This document shows, in pieces, positions 47,988 to 57,412 of a stretch of 64,000 nt of DNA. The DNA is taken from the NCBI GenBank assembly GCA_034667685.1, contig JAXDQU010000106.1:84043-148042 (forward strand), given 5' to 3'. Position numbers and translations under genes: made by a program. A model generated the notes under the pieces. It saw nothing but the letters and a program-made list of their open reading frames with translations, did no database searches and had not been told where the DNA came from. The stretch comes from Thermoplasmata archaeon (GTDB lineage Archaea > Thermoplasmatota > SW-10-69-26 > JACQPN01 > JAJPHT01). Position 1 is the first letter of the stretch, and each line of letters starts with the position of its first letter.

Positions 47988-48099
47988 GACGAAGGGAAGC
48001 CGGGGAAGAGGGGAAGCAAGGGAAGAGGGGAACTGGGGAACAAGGGCCCCCTTCTTCCCCTCTTCCCGTCTTCCCTCGCTTCCCCGGCTTCCCTTCGTC
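47988..48099. repeat. Long inverted repeat of GGGAAG-rich units
   Basis: GACGAAGGGAAGCCGGGGAAG... / ...CTTCCCCGGCTTCCCTTCGTC. Confidence 0.8.
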
Positions 48100-48682
48100 A
48101 AGTCGTGAACGTCGCCATCGTCCCGCGCCAGGCGTCGAGCAGCGCTTCGGCGGAGCGCGTGTCCGCCGTCTTCGCCGCCGGGTCGTCGCTGGCGTAGGGT
48201 GGAACGTAGATGCGCGCCGCGTGGCCGTCGCGCCAGAGGGTGAGCCCATCGCCGCCGCAGTCCGCGCAGCCGGCGCCCTTCGTGGGCGGGGTGGCATCGC
48301 GCGCGTCGCGGATCGCATCGCGCAGGCGGGCGAGCGCGGCGGGGTCGACGCGACCCGTCTGGAACCGCGTGGCGTTGTCGGGGCCCATGCCTTCCGCGCG
48401 GATGGCCTCGTCCCAGCCCGGCGCATGATATCGTCGGGCGGCGGCCTGCGCGGCCGGGTCGTGCGCGCCGTGCGGATCGGCCGAGTAGGCGACGGCCTGG
48501 CCGTCGGCGAAGACGAGGGCGATGAAGCCGCCGGGCATGCACGTGCCACTGCAGATGGCGCCGACGTGCATCGCGAGCGGGGCGCCCGGCGCGGCGGGGT
48601 CGGGCGCGTGGACGCAGCCGGCGAGCAGGAGGGTGAGAAGGAGGGCGCCTCGCACGCCGCGCACGTGGGACGGGGCGGGCAT
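48098..48682 (-). CDS. Putative lipoprotein
   Basis: LLLAGC lipobox; CSGTC and CADC motifs. Confidence 0.7.
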   Translation of the reverse strand: MPAPSHVRGVRGALLLTLLLAGCVHAPDPAAPGAPLAMHVGAICSGTCMPGGFIALVFADGQAVAYSADPHGAHDPAAQAAARRYHAPGWDEAIRAEGMGPDNATRFQTGRVDPAALARLRDAIRDARDATPPTKGAGCADCGGDGLTLWRDGHAARIYVPPYASDDPAAKTADTRSAEALLDAWRGTMATFTT

Positions 48683-48715
48683 CAAAGCGCGGAAGGGGTT
48701 CGGCCGCGGCCCACC

Positions 48716-49576
48716 TCACTCCGTCTTGCTGAACGACACGATGGCGGCGCTCAGGAACACCACCGCGAACACGGCGACCGCAGCGATCTCCTCCACGACC
48801 GAGAGCGTGTAGCTGCCGATGCTGACGCCGCCTCCGCCGAACGCGTTGATCGCCGCGCTCGGGACGTCCTGCGCGCCCAGCACGATGCGCCGCAGCGGGT
48901 CCACGGCGTAGGTGAGCGGGTCGAGGCGCGTGACGACCGTGAGCCAACCGGGGAGGTTGCGCAGGGGAAACTGCGCGCCCGAGAGGAAGATCATCGGGAA
49001 GAGCAGGAACTGCATGACGGCCTGGAATCCTTCCATCTTTTTCATGCGGCTCGCGATGAAGACGCCGAAGCTCGTCAGCGCGAAGGCGATGAGGAAGCAG
49101 AGCAGCAGCGCCTCGACCACGAGGATCGGCGTCAGCTTCAGGCCCACGAGCGGCGCGAAGAGCAGCATCACGATGCCTTGGAACGTGGCGACGGTGGCGC
49201 CGCCCAGCGTCTTGCCCAGGAGGATGCTCGCGCGGCTCACGGGGGCGACGAGCATCTCGCGGAGGAAGCCGAACTCGCGGTCCCAGACGATGCTGATGGC
49301 GCCGAAGATGCTCGTGGTGACGACGCTCATGGCGAGCGAGCCGGGGAAGATGAACATCTTGTAGTCCAGCCCGCCGTTCGCCGGGATCAGCGAGCCGAGG
49401 CCGTAGCCGAACACGAAGAGGAAGAGGAGCGGCTGCACGAGGCCGCCGATCATGCGCGTCTTGTTGCGCCAGAAGCGGATCAGCTCGCGCTTGGCCACCA
49501 TGCCGGCGGTGCGCATCTCGCTGCTGAGGTGGACGCGGTCGCCGTAGGACTCGCGCGTCATGGTGAGGGTGGTCAT
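48716..49576 (-). CDS. ABC-2 type transporter permease (DrrB-like)
   Basis: WDREFGFLREMLVAPVSR, FLSGAQFP, DPLTYAVD. Confidence 0.93.
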   Translation of the reverse strand: MTTLTMTRESYGDRVHLSSEMRTAGMVAKRELIRFWRNKTRMIGGLVQPLLFLFVFGYGLGSLIPANGGLDYKMFIFPGSLAMSVVTTSIFGAISIVWDREFGFLREMLVAPVSRASILLGKTLGGATVATFQGIVMLLFAPLVGLKLTPILVVEALLLCFLIAFALTSFGVFIASRMKKMEGFQAVMQFLLFPMIFLSGAQFPLRNLPGWLTVVTRLDPLTYAVDPLRRIVLGAQDVPSAAINAFGGGGVSIGSYTLSVVEEIAAVAVFAVVFLSAAIVSFSKTE

Positions 49577-50559
49577 CAGCGTCCCCCCATGCGCGCGCCC
49601 ATCCAGGCGCGCATCATCTGCGAGCCCTGCGCCTCGTCGGGGCGGATCTCGTGGCCCGTGAAGTGGAGGAACACGTCGTCGAGGCTGGGGCGGTGCACGT
49701 TCACGTTGCGGATCGCGACGCCGGCCTTTCCGACGATGTCCGCGACCGCGCCCTCGCCGTCCTGGACGCGCAGCACGACGCCGCCCTTCTCGCCGACCTT
49801 GGCGTCGTAGCCGGCGCTGGCGAGGTTCTTCGCGGCCTGCGCGTCGTCGCTCGTGGCGAGCTTCACGGTGTCCGCGCCGACGCGGGCCTTCAGCGCGGTG
49901 GGCGTGTCGATCGCGACGATCTTGCCGTGGTCGATGATCGCGATGCGGTCCGCGTACTCGGCCTCGTCCATGTAGTGCGTCGTCATGAAGATGGTCACAC
50001 CCTCCTCGTCGCGCAGGCGCATGACGTCCTTCCACATTTTTGCGCGCGTTTGCGGATCGAGCCCGACGGTGGGCTCGTCGAGGAAGAGCACCTCGGGCGC
50101 GTGGAGGAGCGCGCGGGCCACCTCCAGCCGCCGCGCCATCCCGCCGCTGAACGTGCTCACGAGGTCCTTGCGCCGCTCCGCGAGGTCCACGAGCTTGAGC
50201 ACGCGGTCGATGCGCGCGTCGAGCTCGGCCGCGGGCACGCCGTAGAGGACCGCGTGGAAGCGCAGGTTCTCCTCCGCGGTCAGCTGGTCGTCGAGCGTGC
50301 GCTCCTGGAAGACGAGACCGATGCTGCGGCGCACCGCGCGGGGCTCCTCGCGCACGTCGTGCCCGCCCACCTTCGCGCTCCCGCCCGTGGGGCGCAGCAG
50401 CGTGCAGAGCATCTTGATCGTCGTGCTCTTGCCCGCGCCGTTGGGCCCGAGGAACGCGAAGACCTCGCCCTTCTCGACCTCGAAGCGCACGTCCTGGACG
50501 GCCTTCAGGTCCCCGAACTGCTTGCTGAGGCCTTCGACCTCGATGGCGTGCTCGGCCAC
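49576..50559 (-). CDS. ABC transporter ATP-binding protein (DrrA-like)
   Basis: GPNGAGKST, FSGGM, LDEPT, TTHYM. Confidence 0.95.
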   Translation of the reverse strand: MAEHAIEVEGLSKQFGDLKAVQDVRFEVEKGEVFAFLGPNGAGKSTTIKMLCTLLRPTGGSAKVGGHDVREEPRAVRRSIGLVFQERTLDDQLTAEENLRFHAVLYGVPAAELDARIDRVLKLVDLAERRKDLVSTFSGGMARRLEVARALLHAPEVLFLDEPTVGLDPQTRAKMWKDVMRLRDEEGVTIFMTTHYMDEAEYADRIAIIDHGKIVAIDTPTALKARVGADTVKLATSDDAQAAKNLASAGYDAKVGEKGGVVLRVQDGEGAVADIVGKAGVAIRNVNVHRPSLDDVFLHFTGHEIRPDEAQGSQMMRAWMGARMGGR

Positions 50560-50561
50560 GT

Positions 50562-50990
50562 TCAGGCCTCCGCGAGCTTGGCGAGGCGGGCGGCGAGCGC
50601 GGCGATGCGCGGCTTGACGTCCTGGATCTCGCGGGGGCGCGACTGCGCGACCTCCTCGAAGTAGGAGGCATAGCCCTCCATCTCGCGGAGCATCTCGCCC
50701 ATGCCGCGCGGCTCGCCGGCCGGGTGGCCCCAGGGCCACGAGAACTCCTGGCGCGCCTCGGGCGTGAGCTCGTAGCGCCCGTCCTCGCGCTTGCGCACGA
50801 CCTTGCCCTCGGTCAGATCCTCCAGCATCGGGTAGACCGAGCCGGGCGAGGGGCGCCAGCGGCCGTGCGTCATCTCCTCGATGGCGTCCATGACCTCGAC
50901 GCCGTTCTTGGGCGCGTCGTAGAGGACGCGCAGGGTGAAGGGGCGCAGCACGCGCCGCCCGCGGGGCTGGGACCAGGGACCACCGAACAT
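50562..50990 (-). CDS. PadR-family transcriptional regulator
   Basis: WRPSPGSVYPML...YELT. Confidence 0.9.
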   Translation of the reverse strand: MFGGPWSQPRGRRVLRPFTLRVLYDAPKNGVEVMDAIEEMTHGRWRPSPGSVYPMLEDLTEGKVVRKREDGRYELTPEARQEFSWPWGHPAGEPRGMGEMLREMEGYASYFEEVAQSRPREIQDVKPRIAALAARLAKLAEA

Positions 50991-51000
50991 GAGGCTCGAC

Positions 51001-51045
51001 TTTCCGATATCGAGATCCCGATACGGGGCATGAAGCTATCGGAAA
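51001..51045. promoter_or_regulatory. Probable PadR operator
   Basis: TTTCCGATA(51001)...TATCGGAAA(51037-51045) inverted repeat plus a CGATATCG palindrome just upstream of padR. Confidence 0.55.
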
Positions 51046-51121
51046 TCCGATTTCCGCTCGGCGCCGCCGCAAGCATGGACGGCCCGAGCGTACTTGCGGC
51101 GTGCTGGCGTTCGCGGCACAG

Positions 51122-51886
51122 TCACCACGAGGACGCCGCACCGGTCGCTTCGCGCACGGCCCGCGCCACCGCCACGAGCCCCTCCGGCTCCCGCGCGCCG
51201 TACCACGTGAGCGCCTCGCCGTCGACCAGGCCGATGCGCTCCGCGGCAAAGCCCGCCTCGACCAGCTCCGCGCGCGCGGCGTCGAGCTTCTCGTGGAACG
51301 GGTAGGGCTCGGTGGGCAGGAGCGCGACCTGCGCGCCGGCCTCGCGCGCCTGGGCTGGCGTGCGCTCCGGGTAACGCCCATCCTCGTGGGCGAACACGTT
51401 GCGCGCGCCCGCGGCCGCCAGGACGTGATGGGTGTACGTGTCGCGCGTGGGCGTCATCCACGGGCGGCGCCAGATCGGGCAGTAGACGGGGACCGGCTCC
51501 CGCGGTGGCATGGCGTCGAGGGTCTTGCCGATCCGCGCCACGAGCGCCGCGGCCTCCGCCTCGCGCCCGGCGGCCCGGCCCAGCGAGGCGATCTCGCGGA
51601 GGCTGTCGTCCACGCTGCGCACGTCGCTCACCCAGACGCGCAGCCCGGCCGCGCGCAGCGCCTCGACGTCCTCCCTGCGCTGCTCCTCGTGGTCGCAGAC
51701 GACGAGGTCGGGCCGGAGCGCCGCGATGCGCGCGACGTCCGGGTCCTTCGTGCCGCCCACCTTCTCGACGTGGGCCACGACCTCCCGGGGGTGGACGCAG
51801 TAGCGCGTGATGCCCACGAGCGCGCCCGCCAGGCCGAAGGCGCAGAGCGTCTCGGTCCAGCTGGGCACCAAGGAGACGACGCGCAC
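51122..51886 (-). CDS. BtuF/TroA-like helical-backbone metal or cobalamin-binding protein
   Basis: RVVSLVPSWTETL, VGITRYCVHP, VGGTKDP, EPYPF, VDGEALTWYG. Confidence 0.85.
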   Translation of the reverse strand: MRVVSLVPSWTETLCAFGLAGALVGITRYCVHPREVVAHVEKVGGTKDPDVARIAALRPDLVVCDHEEQRREDVEALRAAGLRVWVSDVRSVDDSLREIASLGRAAGREAEAAALVARIGKTLDAMPPREPVPVYCPIWRRPWMTPTRDTYTHHVLAAAGARNVFAHEDGRYPERTPAQAREAGAQVALLPTEPYPFHEKLDAARAELVEAGFAAERIGLVDGEALTWYGAREPEGLVAVARAVREATGAASSW

Positions 51887-51968
51887 GGGCGACCAGCGCC
51901 GGGCCCGCGCAAAAACCCCTGGTCCGGTCTCGTCACGTTCAAGAGGGGCAACCACGAGACGTGAGTTC

Positions 51969-53078
51969 GTGCCGAACGCGCGTCGGTGGCGGTACGTCGA
52001 CGAAGGTCGCACGCACCAGGTCGACGCGTGGACCGACGTCGACAACGAGGGCACCTCGCGCTACGTCGTCCAGGAGTCGCAGTTCGGCAGCACCGACCGC
52101 GCCGACGCGTACGTCGAGCGCCACACGCTCAAGGCGCCCTGGGAGACGACCATGCACCAGGCCGACCTGGAGACGCGCCTGGCGCTGCTGGGCGCGTACC
52201 AGGCGCAGGACACCGCGCGCGGCGCCGGCTGGTTCCGGCTGCGCCCTCCGCTCGCCGCCATGAGCAAGAACCTCGACCTCGACGCGATGCGCGTCCCGGG
52301 CGGCTCCGAGACCGTCGAGTTCCACCACTACCAGCGCATGGACGGCGCGCGGGCCGTGACGCTCCTGGGCGTCGCGCAGGACCTCGCCGCGGGGCGCCGC
52401 TACCTGCTGGGGCGTCTCGACTACCGTTACCCCGACGTGGACGGGGGCAACCTCCGCGTCGTCCACGCGCGCCTCCCGCAGCCCGTGTACCGGAGCCTCC
52501 TGGCGCAGCAGCACCTGGAGCTCCACGAGCTGGAGTTCCGCAAGACGGGCGAGGGCATCCGCGCCGACTCGCAGAGCTGGGCCGCGCTGCGCGCCTGCCT
52601 CGACGCGATCCTCTCGCGCCTGCTGGCCGGAAGCGCCGGCGACAAGTCGCGCCCCGTCCGCCTGCCCGACGAGCTGACCCTCGCCCTGCGCGCCAGCGCC
52701 GGAGCCAGCAAGGCGCCCCGGCAGTTCGGCGTCGAGGACGAAGGGCTCGGCCCCTCCAGCGCCGTCAAGGCGAAGGCGATGGGCAAGTTCGACGAGCTCG
52801 ACCCCGACATCCTGGGCGCGCTGAAGAATCCCAAGCTGCTCGCGCTCCACGCGCGCTGGCTCGCCCCCGGCGAGGACGCCAAGCTCCAGCAGGAAGGCGA
52901 GCTCGCCATCCGCGAGCGCATCGTCAAGCTGCGCGCCGGCGTCGCGCCCGACCAGCAGCACATCGTGAGCCTCCTGGAGGCGAGCCTCCTCGTGCGCGCC
53001 GCGCTCTTCCACCACGGCCGCATCGACAGCGAGACGCTGCGGCGCGTCAAGACGGCGGGCGCGTGGCTCGGGACGTGA
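51969..53078 (+). CDS. Hypothetical protein
   Basis: Long ORF with strong typical codon bias; start uncertain. Confidence 0.7.
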   Translation: MPNARRWRYVDEGRTHQVDAWTDVDNEGTSRYVVQESQFGSTDRADAYVERHTLKAPWETTMHQADLETRLALLGAYQAQDTARGAGWFRLRPPLAAMSKNLDLDAMRVPGGSETVEFHHYQRMDGARAVTLLGVAQDLAAGRRYLLGRLDYRYPDVDGGNLRVVHARLPQPVYRSLLAQQHLELHELEFRKTGEGIRADSQSWAALRACLDAILSRLLAGSAGDKSRPVRLPDELTLALRASAGASKAPRQFGVEDEGLGPSSAVKAKAMGKFDELDPDILGALKNPKLLALHARWLAPGEDAKLQQEGELAIRERIVKLRAGVAPDQQHIVSLLEASLLVRAALFHHGRIDSETLRRVKTAGAWLGT

Positions 53079-53149
53079 TTCCGCGATCGCCCCCGCGCAA
53101 GCAACTTCCTGCAAAACCGGTTGGCCACGAGGCGCGTTTCCGGTGACGC

Positions 53150-53542
53150 ATGATCCGAACGATGCTCATGGCTTGTTTGATTCTCGGGACCTTCGCACCC
53201 TTCGTCCACGCCTCCGGACCGGAGCCCACCTGCGTGACGGAGGGTCCCGCCGTCTTCACGCTCCTGTCGCTGAAGACGGAGGGCTCCGCGAACGCGTGCG
53301 CCGAGAGCACCGGTGGCTCCACGTACGACGTCCAGGCCTGCCTGGCGGAGACGACGCTCGTTCTCCCGAACGGTGGCGTGGTGGCGAATTGCGCCGATGG
53401 CCAGGGCGCCAACGGACTCAGCGACGGCGACACCGGCAAGGACTGCAGCCACCACGGCTGGTCCACGGTCTGCTGCGAATGGGACGCCAACGGTCACTGG
53501 AATTGCTGGGAGATTTGGGGCGGCGAGCAGCCTCTTCCGTAG
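53150..53542 (+). CDS. Secreted Cys-rich small protein
   Basis: Signal peptide ending FVHA; eight Cys in the mature part. Confidence 0.6.
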   Translation: MIRTMLMACLILGTFAPFVHASGPEPTCVTEGPAVFTLLSLKTEGSANACAESTGGSTYDVQACLAETTLVLPNGGVVANCADGQGANGLSDGDTGKDCSHHGWSTVCCEWDANGHWNCWEIWGGEQPLP

Positions 53543-53674
53543 GCGGAACCCTCGTCATCCACGTGGGTCAGCCTAGAGGCCGTTTCACAACCTCTGTCGC
53601 AGCCGCGTAGAATTCTTCCCCGTGGTCATGCCCGGCGTCCGCCCTTCGCGGCGGGAAGGCCTGCTTGGGCCACT

Positions 53675-53751
53675 GCTTCGCTTCCCGCCATCACGCCAAG
53701 ACGCCAACACGCGGCGTGTTGGCGTCTTGGCGGGATGGCGGAAAGCGAAGC
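53675..53751. repeat. Long intergenic hairpin (CGCCAA-like units)
   Basis: GCTTCGCTTCCCGCCATCACGCCAAGACGCCAACACGC-G-GCGTGTTGGCGTCTTGGCGGGATGGCGGAAAGCGAAGC. Confidence 0.85.
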
Positions 53752-53809
53752 GCCACGCGTAGTTAAAAAGAAAAACCTCGCGGCAACTGTGGAGGTTATG
53801 AAACAGGTT

Positions 53810-54292
53810 CTAGAGCCGCCCCGTGAGCTGCAGGAAGCGCGGGTGGTCGCCCAGGCTGCGGAACGCGGGGTCGCGCGCGGCGCCTTCGACGAGCGACTCG
53901 TCGGCCTGGAACGCGGCGCCCAGGAGGTCCATCGCCTCGGCGTGGCTCCCCTCCTTGGCGAGCATGCGCGCGAGGTGCATCGTGACCTCGCCGTCCTGGT
54001 CGGGGGCGGCCAGCGCGTCGAGCAGCGCTTCGGCGGCCTCGGCCTCCTCGCCCAATTCCACGAGGCAGAGCGCGCGGCCCAGGTGCGCGAGGGCGAGCTG
54101 GGGCGCGAGGTGGATGGCCTCGTCGAAGCACGCCAGCGCGAGGCGCGTCTCGTGGCGCGCGAGGGCCGCGCGGGCGTTCTCGAGCCGGACGTGGGCCGGA
54201 TCGGAGGCGCGGGGCGGGCGCGTCACGGGGGGCGCCGTGCCGAGCGCGGCGGCCGGACCTGCATACCAGAGCGAAAAGGCGGTTCTCGTCAT
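53810..54292 (-). CDS. TPR-repeat protein
   Basis: ALACFDEAIHLAP...AHLGRALCL; C-terminal DPAFRSLGDHPRF. Confidence 0.8.
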   Translation of the reverse strand: MTRTAFSLWYAGPAAALGTAPPVTRPPRASDPAHVRLENARAALARHETRLALACFDEAIHLAPQLALAHLGRALCLVELGEEAEAAEALLDALAAPDQDGEVTMHLARMLAKEGSHAEAMDLLGAAFQADESLVEGAARDPAFRSLGDHPRFLQLTGRL

Positions 54293-54416
54293 GCCTGGAT
54301 CCCGGACGCGACGTTGGCGAGGCGCCCGTAGAGGCCACGGGGCGGACCGAACGGGACCCGGCGGTGGATTCAAGAGGGTCGAAAGACCCAAGAGCGGGAC
54401 CCGCCTAGGCGCGGAC

Positions 54417-55280
54417 GTGAGCCCGCTGCGCGCCGCCGCGATCCAGATGCGGATGCACGAGGACGTCGGCACGAACGTGAAGCGCTGCGTCGAGCTCGTC
54501 CACAAGGCCGCCGACGCCGGCGCCAAGCTCGTCGTCACGCCCGAGCTCTTCGGCAGCCTCTACTTCTGCCAGCGCGAGGACGCGGCCTTCTTCGACCTCG
54601 CGGAACCCATTCCAGGACCGACGACCCGCACGCTCGCGGCGCTGGCGAAGGAGCGCGGCGTCACGCTGGTGGGCTCGCTCTTCGAGAAGCGCGCGCCGGG
54701 GCTCTTCCACAACACGAGCGTCGTCTTCGACAAGTCGGGCGAGATGGTGGGCAAGTACCGGAAGATGCACATCCCGGACGACCCCAACTACTACGAGAAG
54801 TTCTACTTCACGCCCGGCGACCTGGGCTTCCAGGCGTTCGACACCAGCGTCGCCAAGGTCGGCACGCTCGTCTGCTGGGACCAGTGGTACCCGGAAGGGG
54901 CGCGCCTCACCGCGATGAAGGGGGCGCAGGTGCTCACGTACCCCACGGCCATCGGCGCGCACGCGCGCGAGCCGGCCGGCATCCCCGAGAAGCAGCGCGA
55001 CGCGTGGACGACCATCCAGCGCGCGCACGCGATCGCCAACGGCGTCTTCGTCGTCGTCGCCAACCGCGTCGGCCAGGAGGAGGAGATGCGCTTCTGGGGC
55101 AGCAGCTTCATCGCGGGTCCGCTGGGCGAGGTCCTCGCGCGCGGCTCGCAGGACAAGGAGGAGGTCGTCGTCGCGGACCTCGACCTCGCCGACCTCGACG
55201 TGGTGCGCGAGGGCTGGCCGTTCTTCCGCGACCGGCGCATCGACGCGTACGACGGGCTGACGCGGCGGTGGGCCGACTAG
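54417..55280 (+). CDS. aguB: Carbon-nitrogen hydrolase, N-carbamoylputrescine amidase
   Basis: PELFGSLYFCQ, YRKMHIPDDPNYYEKFYFTPGD, VCWDQWYPE; agmatine deiminase nearby. Confidence 0.88.
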   Translation: MSPLRAAAIQMRMHEDVGTNVKRCVELVHKAADAGAKLVVTPELFGSLYFCQREDAAFFDLAEPIPGPTTRTLAALAKERGVTLVGSLFEKRAPGLFHNTSVVFDKSGEMVGKYRKMHIPDDPNYYEKFYFTPGDLGFQAFDTSVAKVGTLVCWDQWYPEGARLTAMKGAQVLTYPTAIGAHAREPAGIPEKQRDAWTTIQRAHAIANGVFVVVANRVGQEEEMRFWGSSFIAGPLGEVLARGSQDKEEVVVADLDLADLDVVREGWPFFRDRRIDAYDGLTRRWAD

Positions 55281-55333
55281 ACCGCCAGGCGACCAAGCGC
55301 AGCTCTAACCGTTGGACGCACGCAGGCGGGGCG

Positions 55334-56098
55334 ATGCAACCCTTCGACAGGTTCGCTCAGCGGTGGGACACGTGGGACGCGCAGGTCCACGACGGCGAGG
55401 ACGTGCGGACCTTCCTCGACGCGGCGAAGGACGAGGAGCTCCTCGAGCTGCTTGCCGCGGAATCCCCCAAGAAGCGCAAGTACGAGCGCGACATCGTGAT
55501 GACGGAGCTGCAGAACCGCATGACAGGACGCAACCTCGAACAGCCGCAGGGGGCGGCCGATGTCCTGGTCGCCGCCGAGCTGGCGTACGAGGCCGCCGCC
55601 AACGGGCAGATGGCGATCCACACGGCGGAGGCCATCCTGAAGGCGAGCGGCTCCACCGAGCTGGGCTCGTCCGTCTCGAGCGCCGCCTACCTCAGCCTGG
55701 ACACGAGCAGGGTGGCCCTGGACGCGGCGCGCGCGCACTCCGCGGAGCTGCAAGCGGCGCTCGCGCAGTCGCGGGTCGCGGAGCGGCTCATCGAAGACGC
55801 CGCCGAGGCCGCGCGCCTGGTGGTCGAGCGCGCCGCCGCCGGGGCGAAGCGCATCGAGGAGCTCGGCCACCGCGAGGAGGCCGACGCCGCGCGCGAGGCG
55901 GCGGCCTTGATCCAGACGGCCGTCGAGGTCGCGGCAAAGAAGCTCCGCCTGAGCCGAGGACTTGAGACGCCGACCCAGAACGCCGAGTCGCGCAGGCTCG
56001 ACGAAGCCAAGGCCGCGGCCGAGGCCACCGAGCTCATCCGGGGGGCGGCCGACCTGGCGCTGCGGAAGCTGGACGCGGGCCGCAGACCGCAGGCTTAG
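55334..56098 (+). CDS. Ala/Glu-rich helical hypothetical protein
   Basis: Long ORF with coiled-coil-like composition. Confidence 0.65.
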   Translation: MQPFDRFAQRWDTWDAQVHDGEDVRTFLDAAKDEELLELLAAESPKKRKYERDIVMTELQNRMTGRNLEQPQGAADVLVAAELAYEAAANGQMAIHTAEAILKASGSTELGSSVSSAAYLSLDTSRVALDAARAHSAELQAALAQSRVAERLIEDAAEAARLVVERAAAGAKRIEELGHREEADAAREAAALIQTAVEVAAKKLRLSRGLETPTQNAESRRLDEAKAAAEATELIRGAADLALRKLDAGRRPQA

Positions 56099-56661
56099 TA
56101 CACGTACGGGACGAGGCTCTTCACGTCGCGTCGGTACGCGTCGAACTCCACGCCGAAGGCCTCGCGCAGCAGCTTCTCCTCCGCACGGATCTTGAAGAGG
56201 AACGTCACGAGGAGCGCGAGCGCCCAAAGCAGGACGGAGAGCTCGCCCAGGACGAGGACGCTGCCGAACGCCATCGCCAGGATCCCCGTGTAGATGGGGT
56301 TGCGCACGATGGCGTAGGGCCCATGCCGGACAAGCTGGTGGCCCTCCTTCAGCGTCACCATGCCCGACCAGAAGCGCCCCAGCGTGACGCGCGCCCACAC
56401 CGCGAAGGCGACGCCCGCATAGAGGAGCGCGACGCCCAGCGCCTCGAGGAGCGGCGGCTCGTCGATCGTGGCGCTCCGCAGCGGGGGACCCACGAGCCCG
56501 CCGCGCCAGGCGAGGATGCCCAGCACGACCGCCAGCGCCAGCAGCAGCCGGTCCCAGCCGGGGGCGCTGCGCACGGTGCGCGCGTTGCCGAAGGCGCCCG
56601 CGAGCCAGACGACCCAGAAGGTCACCCACGCGGGGAGCACGAGCGGCGCGGGGATCGGCAC
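56095..56661 (-). CDS. Isoprenylcysteine carboxyl methyltransferase (ICMT/Ste14) family membrane protein
   Basis: LVRHGPYAIVRNPIYTG, EEKLL...FG...Y. Confidence 0.9.
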   Translation of the reverse strand: MPIPAPLVLPAWVTFWVVWLAGAFGNARTVRSAPGWDRLLLALAVVLGILAWRGGLVGPPLRSATIDEPPLLEALGVALLYAGVAFAVWARVTLGRFWSGMVTLKEGHQLVRHGPYAIVRNPIYTGILAMAFGSVLVLGELSVLLWALALLVTFLFKIRAEEKLLREAFGVEFDAYRRDVKSLVPYVY

Positions 56662-56766
56662 GCCGGGACGACGCGGTGGGGCGCGGATGAGGCCTATGCT
56701 CGACGGGCGGACGCCGCGTCCTGCCCTCGCCGTCGCTGGGAAAAGCTCAAGCGGGTGGAGTTTAAT

Positions 56767-56781
56767 CCATGTTTAACATGG
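56767..56781. promoter_or_regulatory. Probable vapBC operator palindrome
   Basis: CCATGTT-T-AACATGG overlapping the antitoxin start, next to TTTAAT. Confidence 0.6.
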
Positions 56782-56990
56782 TGGAGACGAAGGTGACGCG
56801 CATCGGCGGCACGCTCTACGCGCGCATCCCCGCCGAGGAGGCGCGTCGGCTCGGCATCCGCGAGGGCTCGCCCGTCGACCTCAAGGTCAAGCCCCTGGGC
56901 CACTTCGTCGAGGACGTGCTCCGCCTGAAGGGCAAGTACAAGGGCCGATTCATCCGCGCCGCCGACGACCTCTGGGGCGAGATCGACTGA
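56778..56990 (+). CDS. vapB: AbrB/MazE-type antitoxin (VapB)
   Basis: KVTRIGGTLYARIPAEEARRLGIREG; directly upstream of a PIN gene. Confidence 0.85.
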   Translation: MVETKVTRIGGTLYARIPAEEARRLGIREGSPVDLKVKPLGHFVEDVLRLKGKYKGRFIRAADDLWGEID

Positions 56991-57004
56991 CCTACGCCAG
57001 CGCG

Positions 57005-57412
57005 ATGCTCGACACGAGCGTCTGGGTCCGCGTCCTCGAAGGAGACGAAGCGACCGCGCGGGACCTGGCCGCGGCGCAAGGCGTCCTCTCCACGGCCACC
57101 TCCCCGATCGTGCTCGCGGAGCTGGCAAGCATCCTCGCGCGCGGCAGGCTCCAGGTCGACCGCCCGCTGGAGGCCGTGCTCGGCGCGTGCGTCGTGGAGG
57201 ACCTGACGCCCGAGGACGCCCTCGCCGCCGGCAAGCTCCACGGCTCCCTGCGCGCCGCGGGCCACGAGAAGGTGGGCCTGGGCGACTGCCTCATCTACGC
57301 CACCGCGCAGCGCGTCGGCGCTCTCCTCGTCACTTGCGACGCCGATCTCGCGGCCCAGAAGGGCGTGGCCCTCCTGGGCGCGCCGCGCGCCCCCCGGAGA
57401 CGAGCCCCTTGA
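57005..57412 (+). CDS. vapC: PIN-domain toxin (VapC)
   Basis: LDTSVW, VLAEL, LGDCLIYATA, LVTCDADL. Confidence 0.9.
   Translation: MLDTSVWVRVLEGDEATARDLAAAQGVLSTATSPIVLAELASILARGRLQVDRPLEAVLGACVVEDLTPEDALAAGKLHGSLRAAGHEKVGLGDCLIYATAQRVGALLVTCDADLAAQKGVALLGAPRAPRRRAP

Noticed and set aside
51122-51886. BtuF-like protein without a signal peptide or ABC partners
   Set aside because: Stand-alone cytoplasmic members of this family are common, so it is not unusual.
14008-54058. Recurrent GAA-TTG / CAATTC hexamer in coding regions
   Set aside because: Noticeable as rare codons, but the count is near a rough composition-based expectation; needs a codon-aware test.
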